Below are positions 32,462 through 43,315 of a stretch of 64,000 bases of DNA, in pieces. The notes under the pieces are model-generated. The model did no database searches. It was given only the letters and a program-made list of their open reading frames with translations, and was not told the DNA's origin. This stretch comes from Rhizaria sp. SCN 62-66 (Eukaryota): NCBI GenBank assembly GCA_001724265.1, contig MEDY01000205.1, positions 1 through 64,000 of the forward strand, in the 5' to 3' direction. Numbering within the stretch: position 1 is the stretch's first letter; each line of letters starts with the position of its first letter. Both the position numbers and the translations under genes were made by a program.

Positions 32462-34528
32462 ATGCAGCGCTTTCCCGCCGCTGCAGCTCCTCCCACGGCT
32501 GTCCCGCCCCCTGGCACAGCGATGGCCGACGGCACATCGGGCTCCCAGCAGCAGCAGCAGCAGTCTCAACAACAGCCGTTTGATAAGCGGCTGGTTGCCG
32601 CTAATGCCCGCGCAGAGCTGGAGGCTATCTTGGCCAAGGACGCGTTCGGCGGACGCGATGAGATGCACGTTTGGGAGAAGGCGCTCGACAAGACATGGGA
32701 TAAGATCACCGTACGTCAGTCTATCAGTCGCAATTCTATAGCGACACACGTTATTGGACACTGTCTATGTTATGACTTTTCAATTACAAAACTCGTAGAT
32801 TCTGCATCAAACTAAGATAAAACTTGACTAAAGTACACCAATCGCTATAATCTCACCAATTACGTTTTATTTTGCTTCTTTATGTATATTATACCTTTCT
32901 AACTGTCTTAACAACAGGACTCGCTCGCCGCGCGCGCCGACCCAGCAACTTTGCTATCTCTCGCGCGCGCCCGCAAGCAGGCGCTCGACGCGCGCTGCCA
33001 CACCGCCGCAGCCGAGCGTGACATGATCGTCCAAAAGGGTCTTTTGCGCAACTTGGTCGTCATCATGGACTGGAGCGCTTCCAGCGACACCACGGACTAC
33101 CGCCCTTCTCGCCGCGCTGTCGTCAAAGCCGCCGTCGACACTCTGATCCGTGAGTTTTTCGACCAAAACCCCGTCTCGAGCCTCGCACTTATCGCCGCCT
33201 ATAACGTCACCGCTGTGCGGGTGTCCGCGCTCTCAGGCTCCCCGGGCGTCCACACCGCCGCACTCGACAACCCCGAAACGGACTCCTTCCACGGCGGCGA
33301 CTTCTCGCTGCGGAACGCGCTGCACCTCGCGCTCGGGGCACTCCATGCCGTGCCGAGCCACTGCACGCGCGAAGTGCTGCTCTGCGCGTCCGCGCTGTTC
33401 ACCACCGACGCGGACGACATCGAGGACTCGATCGCGGCGCTCGTGCGGGCGCGCGTCCGCGTGTCGATCGTCGGCGCCGGGGCCGCTGTACACGTGTACT
33501 CGCGGGTCGCCGTCGCCACAGGCGGGACGTACACCGTCGCGCTGAACGCGGAGCACTACCGGGCGGAGATCATGCGGCGGGTGGAGCCGTCAGCAGTGCT
33601 CGACACATCACTCCTCCCCCCCTTACCCAACCTTGGCTCGGGCTCTGGCTCTGTGGCTGCGGCGGCGGCCGCGGGGGCGGTGGCGGGAAGGCAATGGGTG
33701 CAAATGGGGTTCCCAGAACGCACAACCGCGAGTTCCGAGCGGCTTTTGTTCTGCGCGTGCCACCTGAAGCCCGTCACCGCTGCCCACGAGTGCCCCCGCT
33801 GCTCTACTATGGTGTGCGAACTCCCCTTCGAGTGCCCCGTGTGCCGTCTCTCGCTGGCCTCAGCGCCGCACTTGGCGCGCTCGTACCACCATTTGTACCC
33901 GTTGCCGGTGTTTGTTGACGTGTCGCACGCTGTTTCGCGCACGAACTCGCTCAAAGCCGCCGCCAAAGCTGCCGCCACTTCCGCCGCTAAGTCCGCCGCC
34001 GCCGCCACCGCCGCCGCTGCCGCCGCCGCGACCGCATCAGGTAGTAATGGCAGTGGCGTTACTGCAGCCGCGGTTTCTTCTTCTGCTGCAGGGGGGCTGA
34101 GGCAGCGCACGGTGCGGGGAATGGGGGCCGCCGTCTGCTTTGGCTGCCAACGGCTGGTGACGCCCGGGCTAGGAGAACTCGTGACCGCGTGTCCCGCGTG
34201 CGGCGGCGTGTTTTGCGCGGCGTGCGACGAGTTTGCGCACGCTGCGCTGCACAACTGCCCGGCGTGCTTGGCTAAGGCTGAGCGGGCGCCGGCATCTGAC
34301 ACAGAGGATGCCGCCGACGACGACGACGATGATGATGATGGAGATGGCAATGACGAGAGTGAGCGTAAGAGCAATACCGACTCCAGGACGAGTGCGAATG
34401 TCAACGTCAGTGCCAAAGCCAGCGCCGCTGCGGGTGCGAGTACGAGTGCGGGGGCGGGGGCTGCTATGGGTGATGGGGACGAGGAAGTTAAGCCGGAGCC
34501 CAAGGTGAAGATTGAGGGTGCAAAGTGA
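32462..34528 (+). CDS. GTF2H2: TFIIH subunit p44/Ssl1 (exons 32462-32710, 32918-34528; alternative ATG at 32522)
   Basis: WE....KTW motif in exon 1. vWA domain GLLRNLVVIMDWS...DYRPSR...EFFDQNPVS. C4 zinc finger CPRC..VCELP.ECPVC.L.L.SAPHLARSYHHLYP. C-terminal CFGC...C..C...FC..CD.F.H..LHNCP. Phase-0 intron 32711-32917 (GTACGT...ctaac...CAG). Ends TGA. Confidence 0.95.
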
Positions 34529-35011
34529 GAATGCGATGCAGTCAATTCTGAGGATGACTCCAAATGAGTATTTCTCTTGTCGTTATTCTCAGTGTAAAGT
34601 GGGTAGATCTTGTCATCAAAATTGAATGCATAATGAACATGTAGTTTTTAGCTCAAGGCGCAAAGGTACTCTATGTGAGCTGTCGTTATAATTCTATGAA
34701 TGAAACGTTCTTTTGATGACGATGGCGTTGATATATGTTGATATATTTAAAGTTTGTCTTTCTTCCCCCACTTTCTGCTCTGACCAACCAATGCGAGCAC
34801 TGTGACAATACACAATAACAACAACAACAACAACAACAACCGTTTCTTCGAACACAAGATGGAAAACAGTAATCACCAGTCAGCACAAGCCGCATGAGCG
34901 CATTCTTACGTATTCAAAGGAGTTTCGAATATATCGACTATGTATTGTTGATGATGATCTAGATAACCTTCTTTGTTCAGCCGACCAGCTTCTGGATCCA
35001 ATGCGGCGCAC

Positions 35012-35726
35012 TCAGTGAGATTCGGCCTTCGCCAGCGCCCGCGCCGCGGCCCTAGCCGCCGTGGCCGCGGCGACGCACTGAGTGACTGTGAGGGCAGAGG
35101 GCGGGAAAGTGACTGTGAGCTCCTCTGCAGCCGTCCCTAACACCCGCGCACTGGTGGTAGTAGACGGCTCCGGTGACTGAAGGCCACCAGAGTCAGCGTC
35201 GTCAGAGGAGGTCGAGTTGGGGTCAGAGCGGGAAGTGAAAAGAGAGATGGGGACGGCGGCGTGTGAGCCTCGCAGGGTGCTGTAGGCCGCTCGGGGGACC
35301 AGTGCGAAGTCGAACGAGATCGGTGGCACTGTACCGGGGACGGATGGAAAGAGGTCCACGTTGGCGGTTGCCGGCGCGGTGGTGAAACCAACCGCCTGTG
35401 AGGAGAGGTCGAGCAAGAGAGCGACGATGAAAGTGAAAGGTGTGTGTGTGACTTGAAGAATAAGTGTGTGGTGGGTATAAGCACTTTAAAGCAATACAGC
35501 GATGAGATATGCGGGCGAGAAAACGTACGGTGTCTGTTTTGGTAGAGTTGATAAGTTCAGGCAGGCTCTGGACGACAGCACGGCGGACAATATTGTCAAC
35601 CTCTGCCATATCTTCCGAGGTCCACCATGAAGGCAGGCTGAGGCGGAACGAGGTCAGCAGCACTGCACCGCCGCCGGCGCCGACGGGGAGCATGTGCGTC
35701 GACATACGATGAAATAAATCTTCCAT
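35012..35726 (-). CDS. Small protein (~193 aa; exons 35726-35529, 35395-35012), weak resemblance to SLX4IP/UPF0492
   Basis: Phase-0 intron 35528-35396 (GTACGT...ctcctcaCAG) joins ORFs 35223..35726 and 35012..35416. SWWTSEDMAEVDNIVRRAV recalls SLX4IP SWFSEQKKEEVCLLLKETI. Ends TGA. The gene structure is well supported; the family call is tentative. Confidence 0.6.
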
Positions 35727-36214
35727 GCGTAAAAATAAATCTAATTGCGCTACTTTTATACGTGTTGTCTGTGTTTTGTAGCGTCATTTGAACATTATGG
35801 TGAAGGGTCTGAGAGCGGGCACAATCGAGCCGTTGGAGCCCGACGGCCAACGTCTTCATCTTTCAACTCATAAAACTCGCTAGAACCTCCGTCAAATTAA
35901 AACTTACCGGGTTTTCAAAGAAAAGTTGTTGTTTCTTACATTGACTCTTTATTATACTGTACAAAACCTTTGTTTGCCCTTTATTTGCGCTCTTTAAGTA
36001 CTCGACAGTCGCACGCACATAACGGATCGAAATTGAGAAACCTTGATAGCCCCCCACACCCCACACTCGCACTCCCTTGCGCATGCACAGCGTTCGTTCC
36101 GCGACCCACGAACTGCTCGACTCCCCTGCGGCATATTCTGTTTCTGCACGCACACGTAACTCCCTCCCGGGCCCTCTCGACTCCCGACAGCCTTCGTCTC
36201 TGCCGCCACCGGCC

Positions 36215-39200
36215 ATGTCCGCCCCCGTCTTCCCAGCGCAGCAGAACGCGCTCGGTCACAACACACCGGGTGGCAGTCTTGCCGCTGCGGCAGTTGCGGA
36301 CGTTATCTCGACCCTTCAGGCTTCTTTATCCGAGCGCGACGCTGAGCTGAACGAGACAGCAGACGCCTTGGCTTCGGCTGAGGAGGGTCTCGCGGCCGCG
36401 CGCGCCGAAGCCGAGGCCGCCTCCGCCGCCGCCGCCGACCTGCAAACCCAGATGGCGGCCGCGTACGACGCGTTGCAGGACGCCGATGACAGCGCCGCGG
36501 CTCTCAAATCCCGCGCAGAGGCTGCTGAAGCGCGTGTGAACGATCTCGAGTCTTCCGCGACTGTGACGGCTGCGACGCTGGACGCTTTGCAGTCCCGCGC
36601 CGCCGCCGCCGACACGCGCGCCGCCGCCGCCGAGGCGCGCTCGGCCGCAACCGAGCATCAAACCGCCTCTGCAGTGGCCTCCGCAGTGGCCGCCGCGAGG
36701 GATGATGAGCGGGAGCGTTCTCGCACCGCAGCCGCCGCCGCTGCCGCTGCGACCGCCGCCGCCAAGGCTGAGGCTGCCGCTGCTAAGGCCGAGGCTGCGG
36801 AGGCCGTCGCCGTCGCCCGCCGCGAGGCAGCGCGCGCCGCCGCCGCCGAGACCGCCGCCGCCGCCGCCACGGCCGCCGCAGCCGCTATTGAGCGCGCTGC
36901 CGCGGATAAGTCCGCCCGCGCGGCCGCTGCTGTCACCGCCGCCGAGGCGTCCGCCGCCGCCGCCAAGGCCGAGGCCGCCGCCGCCGTCCGCGCGGCGACT
37001 GATGACGCCACGACCGCGGTCCGCCGCGCGCGCGCCGAGGCCGAAGCCGCGTTAAGTGAAGCCGCGGCGGCGCGGCGCGTAGGCGACGACCAGGCGGCTA
37101 AACTTACGCGCACCGAGGCCGATGTTGCGAGGCTTTCTGACCAGTTGGCCGCGGCCCGCAACGCGCTGGCGGCCGCAGGGGAGCGTGCTGAGGGAGCTGA
37201 GGCCGCTGCTGCGCGCGCGCGGGCTGCCGCGGCCGCCGCCGCCGACGACGCCGCCGCCGCTGACCGCAAGCGCGCCGCTGCCGAGGCCGCTGTGGCCGCC
37301 GCGAGGCAGAGCGCTGCGGAGGCTCGCTGTGCCGCCGAGGCCGCGGCCAGCGATCGTGATGCCGCTGCGCGGGAGCGGGAAACGGCTGCCGCGGCCGCTG
37401 AGCTGGCGGGGCATGAGGCCCGGGACTGGCAGGCGCGGCTCCGGGGAAGTTAGGCCGCGGCCGCCGCTGCGTTGGACGCCGAGGCCTGCAAGCACGCCGC
37501 CGAGCTGGCCGCCGCAGAAGCCCACGCCGACCGAGCGCGTGCCGAGGCTGAGGCGAGGGCTGAGACCGGCATCGCCGCCGCTGAGGCCGCCGCGGCTCGG
37601 GACCAAGCTGCTCTCTTGGCCGAAGCTGAGGCGCGCGTCACTGCCGCCAAACAGGCCACGGCGGCCGTGGAGAGTCTCCTCGCCGCCGCACAGGCGGAGA
37701 CGGCAGCCATGCGCGCTGAAGTGCTCACAGCGCAGGCCCGCGCCGCCGCTGCGGGCGAGACGGCCGCCGCGGCGGGCGCCGAGGCGCGCGCTCTGGCGGC
37801 AGAGCTCGGAGTCGCCCGTGACGCCCGCGCCGGCGCCGAGGCCCGCGAACAGCTCGCTTTGACTGCGCTTGACACCGCGCGCGCCGACGCCACGGCCGCG
37901 GGGGCGCAGGCGCGGGCTGAGTTAGCTGCGGCGACTGCGGCTGCTGGCCAGGAGCAGCGTGCCTCAGCCGCGCGCGCGCACGCTGCCGTCGAGCACGCGT
38001 TACTCCGCGCGCGCACCGCCGAAGAGGAAGCCGCCGCGCTCAAGTCCCGGCTGCAGCGGGCCGCGGAGGACGCCCGCGAGCGCGCCGCCGCCGCCGAAGC
38101 CGCGGTTCGCGCTGAGCTCGCTGCCCGAGAGCGGGCGTGCGCAGAGGAGTTGCGCGCCGCTGTCGCTGACGCCCGGCGTGAGGGCGAGGCAGCCGCGGCG
38201 CGCGCGCGGGCCGAGGCCGCGGCGGAGGGCGAGCGTGCGCTGACGGCCGCGCGGCGGCTGAGGGAGGAAGACGCGGCGCGGCATGCTAACGAGCTGGCTC
38301 TCGCGCGCGCCGCTGCCGCCGCTGCGGAGGCGAACGCGCGCGCGACCGGGGAGCGCGAGGCCGCCGCGGCGCGTCTGCGGGGTGACGGGGCCCTCTCTGC
38401 GGCGGGCGCGGCACACGCGCGCGAAATCACGGACCTCAGGCGTGCGCAACAAGAGGAAACGCGCGGGCTGCGAGACGCGTTGGCGCGCGCTGAGGCCGCC
38501 GCGGACGCCCGTGCCGATGCTGCCAAGAGGGCTGCGCAGGAGGCGGCGGCGGCGGAGATCTCGCGTATTATCGCGCAGGTCACTGCAGCTCAGCGCGCGC
38601 GGGCGGCTGAGCTACGCGCGGCCGCGTCGGCGGACATCGGCGCCGCCGCCGCCCTCGCCGCCGAGGCTGAGGCGCGCGCGCGGGCCGCCGCGGCCGCTGG
38701 GAACGGGCGGGTTGCTGCTGCTGAAGCTCGGGCTGCCGCGGCCGAGGCCCGCGCTGTCGCGGCTGAGGCCCGCGCTGCCGCGGTTGCGGCGGAGGCGGAG
38801 CGCGCGGCGGGCGAATCTCTGGCGGCGTTTGCGCTGGCGGACAGGGCGGGGCGCGCGGCCGAGGCGCTGGCGGGAGAAGTCGAGCGGCTTGAAGCTGCTG
38901 CTGCGGCGGCGGCGGCTCGGGAGCGCGGCGGCGCGCTAAGGGCCGAGGCGGCGGCACAATGCGTGCAGCGCAAGGGGCAGAGCATGCTGCTGGGCGCGGC
39001 CGAGTCCGCCTTTGCTGCTGCCACAGCCGCTACAGCTGCTACCACGGCTGTTGACACTCTGCACTCTGACGATGAGGCAACTAGTCATGGCCCCTGTGAC
39101 CGTGATGCTGCTGTGGCGTCAGTGGCTCCGTGTTAGAGTGGTAGAAGCTTCGTTTTCAACAATAACTACATCAACAGCACCAACAGCAGCAGCAGCAACA

Positions 39201-40984
39201 ACAACAACAGCAGCAGCAACAACAACAACAAAACTCACTTTGCTGAGGCTAATATGACAGCATCGACTGTGAATGACAAGTCTGGGTCGCATTGCTGCAG
39301 CGATTGCAGTGAGGCGCGGACTTTCATCGCCACAGCGTTTGACCGCAACATCTAGTCCAGCAATATGATCAACAAGCCTGCTGCTGCTGCTGCTGCTGCA
39401 TCATCTGTGCGCAGCTTCGTTGTTGCGCCCCAGTATAAGAACACAGCTCCTGTGCCCATTGTTAGATTTGACTACCCGCCTCTCGATAATGATGATGGGG
39501 ATGACGCGACTGATGAGAACGGTCCAGTGTCGGCGATCTCTGCGACAGCGCTGGCTTCGAAGGCGGATTTTGCGGCATTGGCTGCAACCGAGTCCGCACG
39601 CGCACTGTGTTCCAGGCCGTTGCCTTCGCGCCCTGGCAAGCCGCGTGGGCTGGGCTTGAGTACAGTCAACGGAGGCGATTCGGCTGCAGTCATCAGAGGC
39701 AGCTCGCATTCAGTCAACAAAGAGAACTCGACTCCAGTCAGTAGAGGCGGCTTATAGACTGTCAGTGCAAGCAAGGCCGCCACTCCGGCATCCCACAGGA
39801 CGGCTGCGCAGGCGGGCGACGCCACTGCCGTCCTGAGAGCGGGTTATGCCGATGCTGCTCGGCACAACGCGTGGCCCGCTCAGGATGCACGCGCGCTGCG
39901 GACGAGAAATGCGGACGCGAGGGCACGTGGTTCTCAAGCCGCAGACGGCAACAACCACGCGACTGCTGTTGTGGCTGACCCTCACGACATCCGTGAACCG
40001 TATGCGCCGCAGTCGTTGTGGACGTCGCGGCCACTCATGGCGTCAACGGAAAATGTGGGTTCACAGCACATCGCCGTCGGTAGCGCTCTGCTAGCGGCGC
40101 CTCCGGCACTTCCCCAGCGTCCCAACCGCGGCATTGCGTTGCTGAGTGACTCTAGCACGAGCAACACACGCGCTAACAGCGAGAATAGCGCGGCCAGCAA
40201 CAGGGCGGGCGCTGTTGCGAGCGCAATGACCGCATTGTTCAGTCAAAACAGCCGCAGTCACGTCCCTAGCGCCAGCGTCACGAGCAGCAGCAGCAGCAGC
40301 AGCAGCAGCGACGGCGACGGCGACGGCGACGGCGATAAAGTTCACGTTCTCGATGACATTGATAAGCGCAATGGCGCTCCCCACGACGATTGTGCTAGGA
40401 ATAATAATCGTGGCTCTAGCACTTATAGCGGAGGCTATGCGGTGGGGCGGCGAGTGCGGTTCGTGCGGCCCGGCTCCCCGGTTGATTTTGCGGCGGACAC
40501 TGCACTGCAGCGGCGCGGCGCCGAGGCGTTGGCGCGGTCAATCTCGCTCTTACAGGCCATTGCGGACACTGCGGTCGCTAAAGCGGCGAGGGCCGCGACT
40601 GACAACGGCGCAGAGACTGCTGTTGACGCAGAGGCTGATGACGAGGAGGCTGAGGACGAGGAGGGTGATTATGGCGCTGATGCATGCGATGGAGTTGTGG
40701 TTGAAAAGAGCAGTTTGTATGACAGCATCCAGCCGGCAAAGGCGTACGTTTCTGACCACGAAGATGATGATTATGGCTACGAGGACCGTGCTCATTATCA
40801 AACAACTGCGACCAATCTGGAGGCATTCAGTGGTGACGATGATCGCGCTCAGTATGCTGCGGAGCGGCTCGATTACATGCAGGCTGGCTTGGCTGCGAAC
40901 ACTGGTGACGCTGGGATTGATTTGGTGTACGAGAACAGCAATGACAAAGAGATTGCTGGTCCGTTTTCTTCTCTTTTCACGTAA
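36215..40984 (+). CDS. Very long Ala/Glu/Arg-rich coiled-coil protein with low-complexity C-terminus (~1,589 aa; four in-frame TAG read as sense)
   Basis: ORFs 36077..37453, 37472..39136, 39365..39757 and 39971..40984 are all in the same frame. The only interruptions are TAG at 37451, 39134, 39353 and 39755. Ends TAA, after which composition becomes AT-rich. Start chosen at gccATG 36215 (36083 also possible). Confidence 0.72.
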
Positions 40985-41318
40985 CGCAACATAATAACAC
41001 TTGGCATAAGACGTTACCGCTCTCCGGAGTGACACAATAACGATATTTAGCTGATCTCAGATCCCAATACAGGTTTTTGAAGATACATATACGTACGTAC
41101 AATCATTGCGCGTGTGGAATGACTGTTGTACGCTGCAGCCATACGCACGTTTACTCTTTGTCTTTATGAAAGTATCAGTGTTCGGCAACCAACATGAATT
41201 ATCATCTTGCATGACAACCCGAGAGCTTGTAAATGTGAAAAACGAACACCTGGGACTGCCTGCTCTTAAAACGGAATAATAAATGCTGACAATTTGCATT
41301 GGAAACATCACGTGCTTT

Positions 41319-41882
41319 TTAATGTGGTCGATCAACAATTTTATTGATGTCATGAAGGTTCTCTTCAAAACAATCCGCAGTCGGGAGCAGCTCAGCAAAC
41401 TCCGGAACGCGGGCTGTCAGAAGATGTAGCACACGCACGATCATGGTTACTTGTTTTACTAGATATTTTGTCGCAAAGCCTCCGAAGGACTCAAGAACGC
41501 GCCCTATTTGAGGATGTGTGAAGGCACGGGTAAACATTGTGTCATCGAAGAAAGTTAGGCAATTCCACAGCTTTCGAAGAGGCCTTGTCTCTGAGAGGTT
41601 GACAAGCGGCACAAACTCGTCGCTGGTCATAAAGTTCACACGGTCTCTGGGGCGCAGCGCGTTGTCGACGTAGTCTTGGCCGCTGTCTTTGGCACCGGTT
41701 GCCGGCGATGATTCGTTTCTCGCAACGGCCGTGGCTGCCGGCAGTATCATCGTCGTCGTCACGTTCATAGCCACTACCGGTGTCGTAATGGGTTTGGCGG
41801 TTGTTATCGCTAATGTCGTCGGTGATGCTGTCGCAGCAGAGTAGAAAAAACATCGTTGAACAGGCGTAATTGCGAATGTCAC
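41319..41882 (-). other. Uncertain ORF or gene fragment (Thr-rich stretch followed by a helical-looking segment)
   Basis: 187 open codons with protein-like composition, ending TAA. No convincing start. A possible acceptor (ttttttctactctgctgcgacAG at ~41828) has no credible upstream exon. Confidence 0.3.
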
Positions 41883-42302
41883 TGCAGTAACTCATGCTCG
41901 GTGGGAAACGCTGGATGACGCTGCGCCACAGCGGGACGAACAAGAGCAAAAAATTAGTCATAGTAGGCAATAGTGTGGTTATTTTTACTGAGCTGCACTC
42001 TGAAGCGCCCTTACCACGTTCGTACATATCACACCAAGTGACTTATAGATGTAAACACATGAGTTAGGAGATATGTTTAGGAGCCTTTCCTATATATCTC
42101 TCTGTTACATGGCACTTCAGGACTCGTATAACCGAAGTAGATAAGACTAAGAGCCTTATAAACGGTAAGAGTTGTGTTAATGTTGCTGAACATGTGATGC
42201 AATATTCCTTACGCCTGCATGAGATTACTTCTGTTCGTGAAGTGAGAAAACATTAGTGGGGCGAACAGTCGTGTTAGAAAGACAAAAAAATGCACAGCAC
42301 CA

Positions 42303-42698
42303 TCATGACAAGCCGTAGCCAGACTAACTAAAAGTGATCGTAGTGTTGAAGTTGGGGCTGCATTTCTTTGCCTCGCAACATGCCTCAAAGCATTTCAAGA
42401 CCTTTTCATCAAAGGGGTTAAAATCCTCATCGCTGTCAGTACCCATTGGTCCTTCATCGCCATTTTTGCACGACACCACGCGGCCGATGGGCACGGCACC
42501 ACCAAGCAGACTCGCCGGACACGGCTTGTAAGCGATGAACCACGGCGTGCACGAGGACCTGACTGGGACGACTGAGGGGGGGTAGAACATCACAGTGCCA
42601 ACAGGGTATGTCGTTAGCTTGCTGGACTCGCCGTACACAATGTTGCTCTCGGGAAGTTGCAATGGGTAAGAATTTTGAATTTTGGATGACGAAAACAC
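42303..42698 (-). other. Uncertain Cys-containing ORF or exon fragment
   Basis: 124 open codons to TAG at 42324, or to TGA at 42303 if TAG is sense. No ATG at the 5' end and no recognisable family. Confidence 0.2.
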
Positions 42699-42751
42699 GA
42701 AATGGTGCAGTTCACAGTGTTATTTCGCTTTTTTGAAAGAATGAATACTAT

Positions 42752-42810
42752 GGTGCCGTTTCTCTGTGGATTTCCTGCGAGAGAGTCCCTTTATGTAAAA
42801 TCTCGCGCGT
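42752..42810 (+). repeat. 59-bp dispersed repeat, copy 2
   Basis: 58/59 identical to 112-170 (single T/C difference at 138 vs 42778). Confidence 0.9.
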
Positions 42811-43315
42811 AACAGAGCACAAGGTGGAAATATTGCTATCAACAAGTATGCTGTCAAAATGCAAGGCAAGGACGCAATGAACCAACGAATATTCTTGTTT
42901 TGGCCAGCTGAAGCACTTTGACTTGTGACCACGGTGAACATGGGGAAGTGACGGAAAAGAAAATCATAGTGTATTAACACTGAGACCAGGTGAGAGGGTA
43001 GAAACGGCTTTCTTTCAAAGACAACAGCAAGCTCACAACATCCGTTATTTTGTTTGCGGCTAACATAACCGAACTATACTCTATTCTGGTTATTCAACAC
43101 TTCTACTATTGCAGTCAGCTCGCTTGGTAACACTCTCATTTTTCAGTCTCTAATTCCATCACTTCACCCTTCAACTCTCCTCCTCCCTGCGTCTGCTATT
43201 TGTTCAACCCTACATCACAGAGTTCTCCGTCATCGAAATAACCACACAACACATCTACGCTACGGGTTATCCCATTGATCAAGTACTGCGATACCTTGTT
43301 TGAGCCTGACTAGTG

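Noticed and set aside
37449-37453. TAGs as 3' ends of tiny introns (GTTAG at 37449 and 39132)
   Set aside because: Five nt is too short to splice and would shift the frame. Flanks are GC-rich coding sequence without the GTAYG donor or pyrimidine tract of the real introns, and the other six TAGs lack this pattern.
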